This document shows positions 9,700 through 20,606 of a stretch of DNA of 31,766 bases, piece after piece. Location of the stretch: assembly GCA_000388065.2 (NCBI GenBank), contig KB932201.1. One strand, given 5' to 3'. The translations under genes were made by a program, and so were the position numbers. The DNA comes from Fonticula alba ATCC 38817. Its lineage: Eukaryota > Protista > Nucleariida. How positions within the stretch are numbered: the stretch's first letter is position 1; the number at the start of each line of letters is the position of its first letter. A model generated the notes under the pieces. It saw nothing but the letters and a program-made list of their open reading frames with translations. It was not told where the DNA came from and ran no database searches.

Positions 9700-11793
9700 A
9701 TGTTTCCGCTCAAGGTCCAGTACTTTACCAGCGCCCTGGCTGGCAAGCCGCGGAGCATCTTCACAGTGGACCTGCCGCCCGAGGCCACGGTCAAGTCCCT
9801 GGTCGAGGAGATCCGTGCGAAGGTGCGAAATTGGTGACACACTTTGGCCTGGGGGTTTGGCCAGGCCCCCGACTGACCTTGTCATTTGTTCCGCCCTTCC
9901 ATTCCAGGTCCCCGGCGCGCCTGAGCATTTGGCCATTTGCTACCGTGAGTGCATCCTCGATGAGCTGCTGGAAGTCCCCTTCCGGCAGATGGGCATCCCC
10001 GAGGGATCACAGGTGAAGGCCTTCGGCAGTGCCAAGCCCTTGGCCGAGGATCCCTTTGGTTCGGTGCTGTACCAGCTATGGAAGCGGAATGCGTGCGTCT
10101 GCCCCGGCCCTTTCGGGTGGGGTTCCCTTGTCCGATGCGCGGGGCCCGTGAATGCGCCCGCTTGTGTGGTCTCTGCCCGGGGCTGGTGGCTTGGGGCGTC
10201 TTCGGGGATCGGTCCCGCCCCGGTGCGTATGCTAACCACCATGTTGGCTTGGCCGGCTCAGCATCGATCGCCAATCAAACAACCTGCACAAGGCTATCCT
10301 CGCCCTGCCGGAGCTTTTGGATCCCTTTAAGGGCACGAGCCAGCTATTTGACCAGGCTCTGGCCGAGCCGCGCAACATGAAGGACTGGCTGCGGCAGTTC
10401 CTCAACCGGAACAATGAGATCAGCAAAATCGACAAGGAGCAGAAGCCGGTACGGCAGCATGACTGGGGCCTTCCTCCCACCCTACGCTGGCCTCTCCTTG
10501 GCTCGGATCTCCATCCGACATCCGGGTCATATATTGCCTCTCGTCTGTGCGATGCTAATGCGAGCCCCTCCCCTCCGCCTGGACCGCCTCTGCACATTTT
10601 GGCCCTGCTTTCCCGGCTCGAAAAAATGGCCGGCGCCAGATCCTTGTCTTTAGCGCGCAGGTTGAGAAGCCGGCGCTCGAGGCCATCGTGCGGGACTTTT
10701 CCAACTTCCTTGTGGTGTCGGAGAATTTGCTGAATGCCCAGGACGATCTGCCGGAGCTCCTGGGCTCGGTCCACATGCTGTACATCAGCTGCAAGGTGAA
10801 TGGCGTCCCCTGTCAGGCGTTTGTGGACACCGGCGCCCAAATGACCCTGAGTGCGTGTGCTTCCGGCCCTCTGGGGCCCTTGGTTTTTGGGTTGGCGGTC
10901 TCCTTCGGGTGGCATATTCTGACGGATCCACGCTGTTTTTTTTTTTTTTTTTTTTGCTCTTCATCTTCGGTCCTCCGGGCTTCTGGATCCCGTTCTGTGG
11001 GGTCCTGCGCTCGGTGGCGCGCCCGCGTGTGCGCATGTGCGTCTATGTGTGCATGTTCGCGGGCACACGCATGCTCATGGCCACGACTTCGCTCTTCCCG
11101 GCCTGATCGTCGGCCCTGGTGTCCTGGTGGCCGGGGCCCGGCCCAGTCTCGCACGAGTTCACCAAGCGCGCTGGCATCGAGCACCTGATCGACCGCGCGC
11201 ACAAGGTCCTGGCGGTGGGTGTTGGCCAGCAGCAAACCGTCGGCCGGATTCACCTGGCGGACCTGCACTTGACCAATGACCAGGAGTCCAACAACACGGT
11301 GTGCTTGTACACCAGCTTCCATGTGATCGACCAGCCGATGGATGTGCTGCTGGGGTTGGACATGTTGCGCCGGCACCAGTGCGAGGTGGACCTCCACAAG
11401 GGGGTGCTCCGGGTGGGGGACTTCGAGACGGCCTTCCTCAGTGAGGCGCAAGTGGACAAGAGCAAGACCATTGGCGGCCGGACCGGGTCACCGGAGCTTC
11501 GGTCGGGGGGTGGTGCCCCCGACAACCGGCACCCGGATGGGAGCGCCTCTTCGCCGGCTCTGTTGCGACGTGCTCCGGGCGTGGCGGACCCCTCGGCCGC
11601 GGGGGGCCCCCCGGTGGCCGAGCCGGCCCCGGCCCCTGGGCCCGGTTCTCGCGACGATGTGTACATGCCGAGCCAGGAGCAAATCCAGCAACTTGTGGCC
11701 AGCGGCGTGCCGGCTGACATCGCCATTCAGCTGCTGTCCTTCACCAATGGCGATGTGGCCCTGGCGATGAACCTCTTTTTGGACATGTCCTGA
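9700..11793 (+). CDS. DDI1: DNA damage-inducible protein 1 homologue (UBL - helical region - retroviral-like aspartyl protease - UBA), 5 exons (9700-9822, 9908-10092, 10262-10448, 10661-10850, 11147-11793), about 443 aa
   Basis: ENLLNAQDDLPELLGSVHMLYISCKVNGVPCQAFVDTGAQMT, AVGVGQQQTVGRIH and DQPMDVLLGLDMLRRHQCEVDL match the Ddi1 RVP domain. There is an N-terminal ubiquitin-like segment (FTVDLPPEATVKSLVEEIRAKV) and a C-terminal UBA-like segment (SQEQIQQLVASGVPADIAIQLLSFTNGDVALAMNLFL). Phases are consistent; the CDS totals 1332 nt. Confidence 0.93.
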
Positions 11794-12164
11794 GGGGGGG
11801 GGGGCCTCCTTTTCCCGGTCGGCCCCGGTGTGCCCCGGCCCGGAGGTCCGAGGGTGGCAGTCCAGCGTGTTCTTCTGTCCATAACCAGACCGGCAATATA
11901 CAATTATACACCTTGCCCTGCCTGCTTCCCCTGTCCTCTCCTGAGCTCCATGGCCGCCTCATCTGTGATGCCCTGATACTCGGGCTCTTCCGGCCTCGTG
12001 CCTCCGGCCTCCGGCCCCCCTCCCCCTTTGCCGTCACCTCTGGTCTCGGCATCTCCCCTGCCCTCCGTTCCAGGCACCATCAGGTTCATCTGCCTCTTCA
12101 TGAGGCATGTGGCAGGGGGATGTGGCGGGGGAAAAGAAAAACGCGCGTGCATGGGGTGTAAATG

Positions 12165-12170
12165 TTTATT
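12165..12170 (-). promoter_or_regulatory. Candidate AATAAA polyadenylation signal for the metalloprotease gene
   Basis: AATAAA in an AT-rich patch about 240 nt downstream of the stop at 12409 on the minus strand. Supported by motif and position only. Confidence 0.3.
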
Positions 12171-12408
12171 TTTTCCCCTCTGCCAGCCGCATACTCAGGG
12201 GCTGGCGGGCAGGGTGCTATGTCGCGCCCGGAGGGGGGGCTTTGGCGGGCCCGGCGCGCGTTGGGCCTTCGACAGAAGACCATGAGGGGGAGGTGCGTCC
12301 AGCGCGTGCCCCCACCCCGCCTTGCTTTGGGTCCCTCCCTGTCGCATTGTCCCCGGACCGCGGAGAGGGTCCCCAGGCGCGAAAGGGAGAGCATTTCCCC
12401 GTCCTCCT

Positions 12409-15400
12409 CTAGAGGGACATGCTCCAAACCAGGCCGGCCAACAGCAAAGGGGCGCCGAGCCGGCGAAGCCAGTCCCCGGGGGTGGAGCTGCCGCCGCTGA
12501 GCAGGGAAGACCCGGCATTTCGCACGGGCCGCTTGCCGCCACCGCCGCCATTTCCATTGTCCCCGCCGCCGCCATTGGGCCCGGAGGTGGGCCCGGACCC
12601 GAGGTTGTACGGAACCGAGGAGCAGAAGCCCGGCTGGAGCCAGCGGCCGCGCACGAAGCGCGTGATCTCGCGCCCGGAGCAGGTGGACCACCGGGCATTG
12701 TTCGACAGGACCGGGCTCATGATGCTGGCATTGTTGGAGGAGTATTGGCAGTTGTTGTCGATGCCATCGTGCGTGGCGCCAAGAACGTGGCCCAGCTCGT
12801 GGGCAATCGTCTGGGCACTGGTTTTGATGGACCCGGGGCCGAGATCCTCGGCCAGGGCGCACGACACCCGCGTGCAGGCGGTCCCGACGAGGGCCACCCC
12901 GACGATGTCCCGCGGCCGGCCCTTGTTGTCGGTGGAGGAGGAGGACCGGAGATCCACCCCGGTGACCAGGAGCGTGGCATCATACTCCTCCTTCTGGTCG
13001 ACGGCCCAGCGGCAGAAGTTCAGCAGGGCCTGGGTGCCCGACTGGTCGACATATACCTGATGGCGTGGTGCATGGTCATGGATTGGCGTGGACAGCCGCC
13101 CGAGAAAATACAGCCCGAAAGCAAGAGGCCAGTGGTGTCGCGCAATGTCGCGGGGGTGGAGGAGGGGGAGGAAACCGGGGAGGAGTGAGTCAGGGCACGG
13201 GGCATCGCGCCGCCATGGATGCGGCGCTTGGTGTGACAGTTTCCGGAAAGGTCAAGCTGGAGATGTGTACTTGCTGCCCCCCCCCCCCCCCCCCCCCCTC
13301 CAGTCACCTTGTAATCCCCCCCCCCCCCCCCGCTTGCCTCGGACATTGGTAATGCGGTGCAGGAGGGGCCCCGCCTGCGGGGCATGTCCTTTGGAGACGG
13401 TAGCCAGCGCCGGAGCCCGCCCTGTGGCCCCCCGCCCCCCTCGCCCCTCGCTTGCATCGGAGGCCGGCCAGCCGCCTCTCGGGCACCATGTACGCACCTG
13501 ATCCTCGAGCCAGACGTCAATCTTCCGCACGGCCAAGCGAAGAGGCGGGTCGAAAAGCCCCTGGGCGTTGCCGCGCTCGACGAGCTCCGAGGCCCGGCCC
13601 ACCGACTGGAGGGCCACATTGGTGGCCACGCGCTCGCCATACACCCGGACCATGGCCTGGTCGACGACCAGGTACACCCGCACCGGGAGGATGCCCTTGT
13701 TGTTGAACTCGACCTCCTGGATGGAGGTCGGGGCCGGGCCGAAGTGGTCCTCCACGCCGAGCCCGGCCTCGGAGGCATCCCCCAGAAGTCGGTACACGGA
13801 CCGGCGGGTGCCCGGGTGGTGGGCCTCGGTCTCGGCAACGCCCCGGACAAAGTCCTCCGGCAGGGCCGCCGTCTTGGGGGTTGAGGTGCTCGGGCCGGCG
13901 GGGGTGGCACTGTCCAGGCCGACCGACTGGCGGATGCCGGAAAGCAGGCGATGGGCCCACCCATCGACATGTCCCCCGCCGGTGGGCGGGGCGTCGCGCG
14001 CCTCCCACGGCGTAATGGCATGGAGGGCCATTCCGCCCGGGCTGGGTGGCTGTTGGCGGCCGTGGGCCGAGGGGCCGGCGGCCGCCTTCGAGAAGGCACC
14101 CGTGTCGTGGGGCTGGATGCGGAAGAGCGGCTTCCCGGGGCCGGCAGACCAGTAGCCCTCAACCAGGCGGGACCCCGGGCACCAGGTGATGGTGGCGCTC
14201 GAGGCGGTATCCGATTGGAGAGTGCCATCCGTGCCCAGGCGAATGATGCGCCCGGAGTAGTGACAGCCCCAAGACTGGCCCGGGCGCGTGGGCCTGGCCG
14301 AATGCATTCCCGTGGAGGGAGACAAGTGGCGGTGGGAGTGTCAGTGTGGTGTGCTCCTGCCCGTGCGGCTTCCAGGGGCCGGGAGCCAGAGCCGGGGGAA
14401 GGGGCGGGGCAACGCGAGGGCCGAGGCGGGGGAAGGGGCGGCGGCGGCGGCGGCGGCGGCGGCGGTAGGCGAGAGAAGCAGCCCCCTGGACGGGGGGGGG
14501 GGTCCTGGGGGAAAGGGTGCGGGCTGGCGATGGGCCAGGGGGCTGTGCAGCTCGGGCAAATGACGCACTGCGTGTCGGAGCCCGAGGACCCGGTCTCCAG
14601 CTCGGAGGGCCTCAGGCCGGGGTGGTTGCTGGCGGCGTTGTTGGCCGGCTGCTGTCCGCCGGTGAATTGGATATCCAACGTGCCGAGGGCATGCTTCAAG
14701 TCCGCCAGGCCGGAGAGCGTTTGCAGATCGGCGTCGGCCTCGAGTTCCTTGACTGGCAGGCCATCCGAGGGGCCGGTGTAGGGGGGGCCGGCGTAGCGTG
14801 TGACCAGGCGCCGAACGCTGAATCTCAAGCAGAGGGCCACTCGCTCCAGCGGCATGGGGGTGGGGATGGGGGCCTGGTCGGGGCCGGTGGTCGCCGCTTC
14901 CCGAAGCTGGGCCTCCAACTGGGCGGCCCAGTGGGGAATGTCGATGACCGCGTCGCAAAGCTCGGCAAGGCGCCTGTCAGCCGACTCGCTCCACGGCGAG
15001 TGCGTGATCTCCGGCAGGGAAAGCATGAGCGGCGCCGGGGGGGCCGATCGACCGACGGAGCCGGCCCCCGAGTGGGTGCCCGGCCGGCGCCCGCCCGGGG
15101 CCGGGCCAATGGTGATGGGTGCATCTGACGTCGGGGGAGGTCCGAGGAGGGGGGGGNNNNNNNNNNNNNNNNNNNNNNNNNNNNNNNNNNNNNNNNNNNN
15201 NNNNNNNNNNNNNNNNNNNNNNNNNNNNNNNNNNNNNNNNNNNNNNNNNNNGGGGGGGGGGGGGGGTGCAGGCAGACAGCGGCGCACGCCGATCGCCACG
15301 CCACTACGACACAAAGCACGTCGGTCAGGGCGAGACAAGCAAGCCCGGTCCGGGGGAGGCACTGGGGCCACGGAGGAGGGTATGTGTACCGGAGGTCAGG

Positions 15401-15672
15401 TGGGCGATGCGCGGGGCTCGGCTGTGGGCGCCTGGGCCCGGCGCCGCAAGGACTTCCCGGTGCAGGAGCCCGGTATGCTGGGCCAGCGCGGGTCCCGGCC
15501 CGGCCGAGGGGGTCACCGGCGAGGACGCCTCTTCCGGGACCGGGTAGAGGCTGCTCGCGAGGAGCCGCGACGTGAGGTCCGGCCCGAATGTTCGGGCCGA
15601 GGCGCAGCTCACCAGCACCAGCAGGGCCACAAGGGCACAATGCAGCACAGCTGACAATGGCCTGGCGGTCAT
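12409..15672 (-). CDS. M12B (reprolysin/ADAM-like) zinc metalloprotease with signal peptide, long prodomain and C-terminal GPI-signal-like tail; 4 exons (15672-15390, 15124-14569, 14293-13498, 13056-12409), about 760 aa
   Basis: Zinc motif HELGHVLGATHD (12801-12769) followed by the Met-turn SIMSP and WSTCS. Reprolysin-type segments VRVYLVVDQAM, ALLNFCRW, YDATLLVTGVDL and VGVALVGTAC. Prodomain-type GCHYSG. Signal peptide MTARPLSAVLHCALVALLVLVSCASA and hydrophobic C-terminus LGAPLLLAGLVWSMSL. Junction phases 1/2/0 are consistent and the CDS totals 2283 nt. Intron 1 spans an N gap, so a small hidden exon cannot be excluded. Confidence 0.85.
15157..15251. other. Assembly gap (95 N) flanked by poly-G, inside metalloprotease intron 1
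   Basis: Read directly. Confidence 1.
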
Positions 15673-16011
15673 GGTGTTGGACGGTGCGTGAGGGACGGTG
15701 CGACACTGGCGCACGCGTGCTGCTTGCGATTTCCTTCGTCGTGGGCGGTCGATCGCGGTCGGTGGCCAAGTTGGAGAGGGGGCTTGCGCGCGACCGTGCG
15801 GTGGCGGAGAAGTGGCGAGAGGAGGGGCTAAGAGGGGGGAGTCAAGCGACTGAGGAGGATAAGGTACGGTCGAAAGCCGCCACAGAGCGCGCCCGCTCTT
15901 CAGCCTGCATGACAGCGGGGTATGGCGAGTTGCGGTACTTCCAGGAGCCTGCCCACAGGGCGGCCGTCTCCCCTTCGTGCCGCCGGGCCGGAGCCTGGCG
16001 TCGATGAGCCT

Positions 16012-16060
16012 GGTGACCGGTGGCCGGTGGCCGGTGGCCGGTGACTGGAGACCGGTGACC
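16012..16060. repeat. Tandem array of seven 7-mers, consensus GGTG(A/G)CC
   Basis: Units in order: GGTGACC, GGTGGCC x3, GGTGACT, GGAGACC, GGTGACC. Confidence 0.9.
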
Positions 16061-16843
16061 GGGGGCGGGGGCATGGGTAGGGAGGCTAATGCGCGACCGG
16101 CATTGGCTCCCTAGACGCTAGAGTGACCAAGCATCTAGATAGCGCCCCACCCATGGCAGGAGCGTCAGGGGCGTTGGAGGTGGGGTGGGGGGGGGGGGGA
16201 CTCCTGCCCCGCGTTCTCCTTTTCGTGCCTCACTTTCTCGCCCCTGGCCCCGGCCTCGATGAGCCGCTGCCGATCGTGGGGGAGGGAGGCCCGGCGGGGG
16301 GGAATTTTATATTATTTCATTTTTTAAATTCAATTCCGGTCAACCCCCGGGCCCAGGCGGGCGATTGTGGGTGGTGCCCCCTCCCTCTGTCTCCCCCCCC
16401 GCCACCCATGCCGCCGCCACCCCGTGGCCTGCCCCCTTGGCACTCGGAGCGCGTCGGCCGGGAGAATGTACCGCGGGGCTCTTCTCCGGGGGAGCCATTG
16501 CATCCTCCGCCCGGGAGCTCTGTGTGGGCTCGCGCACCATTGCGCTCCATCGCCCCGGGGGGTGCGGGGGCCCGGGGGGAGGATGATCGACACAACTCCT
16601 TGCCAGTCTCGCGGCACCCGGCATCATGCGTCGGTGATGTGGGAGGGTGTTTCACTTGCTCGCTCTGTCCCGGGCCTCCTCCTCCGCCTCGAGGAGACGC
16701 ACAATTGCGGCGGGATAAGCCCCGCAGGGCTCACAGAGCGCAGCACCTTTAAGACCATGGAATTTCTATATACAATTGACTATTACACTTTTATATTCCT
16801 GAGCGGGGGAAAATCAAGGGGCATGCACAGGGCAGGATGGGGG

Positions 16844-16865
16844 GCGCGCGCGCGCGCGCGCGCGC
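16844..16865. repeat. (GC)11 alternating purine-pyrimidine palindrome
   Basis: Read directly; 255 nt downstream of the lipase stop codon. Confidence 0.95.
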
Positions 16866-17119
16866 AAGGAGAAGGGGGGAAGACATTCGAGGACCCGGGC
16901 GAGTATGCACGTGCGCCGAGAGGGCCGCAGTCCACTCGCGCATGCACAGCCGAAAGATATTTGGCGTCCTTTGGTGGCACACTGGGAATGCACGTGCCAG
17001 TCCGTGCTGCTACTTCCCACTCCGCGGGGGAGACGGCAGGCAGGAGGCGGTGGGGCGGGGGGGGGGGAGAACGAGCAAAAGAAAGAGGCCCACAGTGGGG
17101 GGCGGCGATTTCCGCCCTC

Positions 17120-17981
17120 CTAAATGACGCTCATGGTGTAGGCAACCACGCGGGAGATGAAGTCCTCCTTGATGAGGTCCTGGCTCAGCTCGTGGTAGGC
17201 GCCGCGGTAGGTGGCCAGAATGGCCTCGGCGTCCGGTGAGAAGGTGCCCGACCCGGGGATGGCGGATGGGCTGGCCCCGGAGAAGATGAGGTCCTCGTGC
17301 GGCTGCAGGTAGGCCGGCAGGCTGGCCGTGCCGGCCGGGTCCAGGTCCAGAGATGCCACGGGAGGGGCGCCGGGCTCGCGCGGGGTCCCTCGAGCCACGG
17401 CCGAAAGGGCGGAAACAAAGCGCAGGGACGCCGGCTGTGAGGTAATTGCATCCCCATCGCCATGGAGGATGAACAGCCGGGACTTGGCCACATCAAAGAT
17501 GGGATCCTGGGCCGGCTCAGCAAGGCGGGCCTGGTGATCGGCATTCAGGAGCAGCCGGTCACCCTCCTCGAAGATGAAGAGCCCGGTGCGCAGGGACACA
17601 TACGAGTGGACCATCGGGTCTTGCTCGTAGGACGCGGCAACGGCAGGGTCGCGCGAGAGGCCGGACGATTCTGCCGAGATGCAAGGGATCGAAGAGAGAG
17701 AGAGAGAGATAGGGGGTAGGGATGTGGTCGCATGGTGGGGAAACGAAAAAGGAGGGGTGTGGAGGAAGAGGGGGGGGGGCGAGAGAGGAGGGGGCCCGGA
17801 AGTTGGATGTGCAATATCACGACAAGGCCGAATGCGGCGGAGGCGGCATGGTCCACACACCCACCCATACCGGCATGACCCCCATGTGTGGTTGTGTAGC
17901 CCCACCCGAAGGGAGGAACGAAAGGAGCGCGCGCGCGCACGCAGGGCATCAGTTCGAGCGGGAGGTAATGCGTGAAGTCGT

Positions 17982-18063
<82 letters not shown>

Positions 18064-20171
18064 CTGCTGTGTGGGGGGGGGCGGGGGGGGGGCCCCGCAA
18101 GGGGAAGGCGCGGCGGGCGCACAAAGGGCGAGGGATATGGGGGGGGGCGGGGGGGGGGAGGGGGCGGGCGGCCAAGGAGCGAAACGCGCGATCGGACGCG
18201 ATTCAGGGGTCGGTGACGCGTAATGGCGTCGTTGGGAAACCGCGCCGAAAAGAAATCAACATGTCGACGGGGGAGAGGGAAAGAGGGCCCCGTAGAACGG
18301 CCCAAGGGGAGGGCGGAGGCAGGAGCAAGGAAAAAGAGCAGGCGCAGCCGATGGTTAGACATTGCCAAAAGACCAGGCCTCGGGTGAGCCCCCAGACGGG
18401 GCGGCGGGGTATTTCCCCACAATTATTTCCCATGAGAGTGGACCCAAATTAACTGTCCCTATTTTGGAGGAGCCATGGTGAAAATCACCCAACTCTTCCG
18501 TCGGCCGCCCCTCCACGCCCCCCCCCCCGGCACCTCGCAAATGTTAATCCCCCTTGTGCTTCCTGGGGGGGGGGGGGGGTCTGCTTCTGGCCGCGTGCCT
18601 CTCCCTCTGCTACGGAGGTTGATCCCGGCCGGTCGCCACATCCAGGCCCCCCAGCCTTGGCAAGTGCATGGGCATGCTACGCACCGAGGCCATTGTCGAT
18701 GGCGATAGAGTCGAGGCCGAAAAAGCGCAGCGCCTTGGCCGCATAAATGGTGGGGGCCATCGGGCGTGACGGCGAGTCCAGAGCCGGGGCACTGGCAATG
18801 GTGGCGCGCAGGTGCGCAGGCGGGGCATACGTGGAGAAAACCAGCGCAATTAAGCCGCCAAGGCTGTGGCCGAACTGAAGAGACCCGACCCCGGGGCATG
18901 GGGGGGGGGGGGGGGGGGGGGGNNNNNNNNNNNNNNNNNNNNNNNNNNNNNNNNNNNNNNNNNNNNNNNNNNNNNNNNNNNNNNNNNNNNNNNNNNNNNN
19001 NNNNNNNNNNNNNNNNNNNNNNNNNNNNNNNNNNNNNNNNNNNNNNNNNNNNNNNNNNNNNNNNNNNNNNNNNNNNNNNNNNNNNNNNNNNNGGGGGAAG
19101 AGAAGAGGACACGTGGTTCAGGGGGCCATGCGAATGGCCGGTCACCGTCAGGAGGGACAGAAGCGGCCGCGCCATGGTCGAAGTTGTCAGGCGGGCGCAC
19201 AGGGCAGCACACAGATGCGGGTGCGGGAGGTGACCAACCGGCATGCGCATGGGCATACGAATTGACATGTTTGTGTGTGGGTATGTGTGAGAAAAGGCAG
19301 CGGGATCCACCACGGAGGCCTGGATCGGGGCCACTGGGGGGGGGGGGGAGAGAGAGAGAGGGGCGCAAGAGGAGGCCAGCAGGGATCTGGATAGGGGGGC
19401 GCCTGTGTGGGGAAGAGGCAGGGCCGGGCAGGCAGGCCGGGGTGGATAGAGCCCGGAGTGGAAGGAGAGCAGGGGAGGGATATGTACGCACCACCATGGT
19501 CGGCAAGTCGGCAGGGAGGCCACGCATGCCAGCCGCCAGGACGGCCGTGCAGTCCTCCATCAGGGTGGCAAAGCTGCCAACATCGCCCAGCCTCATGGGC
19601 GGCGCGCGGGGGGAGGTCGTCACGTCGGACACCAGGCCGCGAGGGAACTTCCCATAGACGACGCCGAGGTTGGACTGCTGGGTGTAGCCATGGCCACGCA
19701 GATCGAAGCTAACGACGCGCACGTGGGCCGCCTCGGCGATCTGGCGAATGAGCGGCTCATGGCGCAGGGCATACTCACCGAGGCCGTGGATGAAGAGCAT
19801 GACGCCCTTGGGCTGCTCATCGGCGGGGGGCTGAGCCGAGGCCCGCAAGGATGCCGCATGTCAGCGCCAGGGGGCATGCGCCGGCGGGGCCGCCGAGCAG
19901 CCAGGCCAGAGGGAAGCATGGGAGAAGCAGGCAGAGGCCGGGGTCAGGCGGAGGGGGCCCATGGGCGCATGTGCAGGCGCGACCGCCGGGAGAGACGCAC
20001 ATCGACAACATAGTACCGGAGGTTGGTGTGGTCCGGCTGCTGAAGGACGAAGTTGGGCATCTGCGTCGGCGGGGCGATCATGATCTTAGGACGGGTGAAG
20101 GCGGCGTGGGCGAGGGCCGGCAGGAGGAGCAAAAATAAGAGTGCCAAGTAGCGAAGGGGTTTGGAGAACAT
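17120..20171 (-). CDS. Alpha/beta hydrolase of the monoacylglycerol lipase/lysophospholipase (Hydrolase_4-like) type with a predicted signal peptide; 4 exons (20171-20001, 19830-19492, 18874-18685, 17670-17120), about 416 aa
   Basis: Motifs: PKGVMLFIHGLGEY, FDLRGHG, nucleophile FGHSLGGLIAL, LRATIASAPAL, LSRDPAVAASYEQDPMVH, acid LFILHGDGDAIT, and His YRGAYHEL. Signal peptide MFSKPLRYLALLFLLLLPALAHA. All three donors are GTGCGT, phases 0/0/1 are consistent, and the CDS totals 1251 nt. Confidence 0.88.
17996..18062. repeat. 67-nt poly-G tract with a single A, in lipase intron 3 (poly-C on the sense strand)
   Basis: Read directly; the true length may be misassembled. Confidence 0.85.
18923..19092. 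other. Assembly gap (170 N) flanked by poly-G, inside lipase intron 2
   Basis: Read directly. Confidence 1.
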
Positions 20172-20599
20172 GTCGCGGGGGCGGGGGCAGGGAGGGGGGG
20201 GGTGCTTCAATTCTTGGCAGAGGGGGAAAGTCCGGGGACTGAAATGGACTGCGCCAGAGGGGGGAAGGGGGGGGGGGCGGGGGCGGGGGCGGGCTGAGGC
20301 AAAGGAAGGGCGCGAAGCACACCGGGATGGGAGGGGCTCTGCTCGCGGCGGGTCACGGTGAACGTGGGGTCCCGTCTTCTTGGGCGATCGGAAACAGGCG
20401 GGGCAGCTGGGCGAACTGGGTGTAGCGGTGCTGTGTTGAGACCACTCTCTCGCGCTCGGTCTCTCTCTCTCTCTCTGTCTCGACTTGTCGGTCGATTCTC
20501 GGTCTTTCGCACTTTGCAAGGGGTCTCTCTCTTGTCTCAGGGTGGCGGGGACAACTGGGGCGGTGGTGATCGCCGCAAGCTCCCCGGAAATGTGCCTTC

Positions 20600-20606
20600 T
20601 TTTATA
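20600..20606 (-). promoter_or_regulatory. TATAAAA box-like element upstream of the lipase gene, in the divergent lipase/receptor intergenic region
   Basis: Canonical TATAAAA about 430 nt upstream of the lipase ATG in otherwise GC-rich DNA. Supported by motif only. Confidence 0.25.

Noticed and set aside
10661-11460. Retroviral-like aspartyl protease as evidence of a retrotransposon
   Set aside because: The domain is embedded in a spliced UBL-RVP-UBA host gene (Ddi1), with no gag, RT, integrase or LTRs.
1410-11793. Wee1 and Ddi1 proximity as a checkpoint gene cluster
   Set aside because: They are separated by MDH, and there is no evidence beyond adjacency of housekeeping genes.
9130-14833. 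Shared 13-mer AATCTCAAGCAGA at 9130-9142 and 14821-14833
   Set aside because: No flanking similarity, and one copy is inside a coding exon; treated as a chance match.
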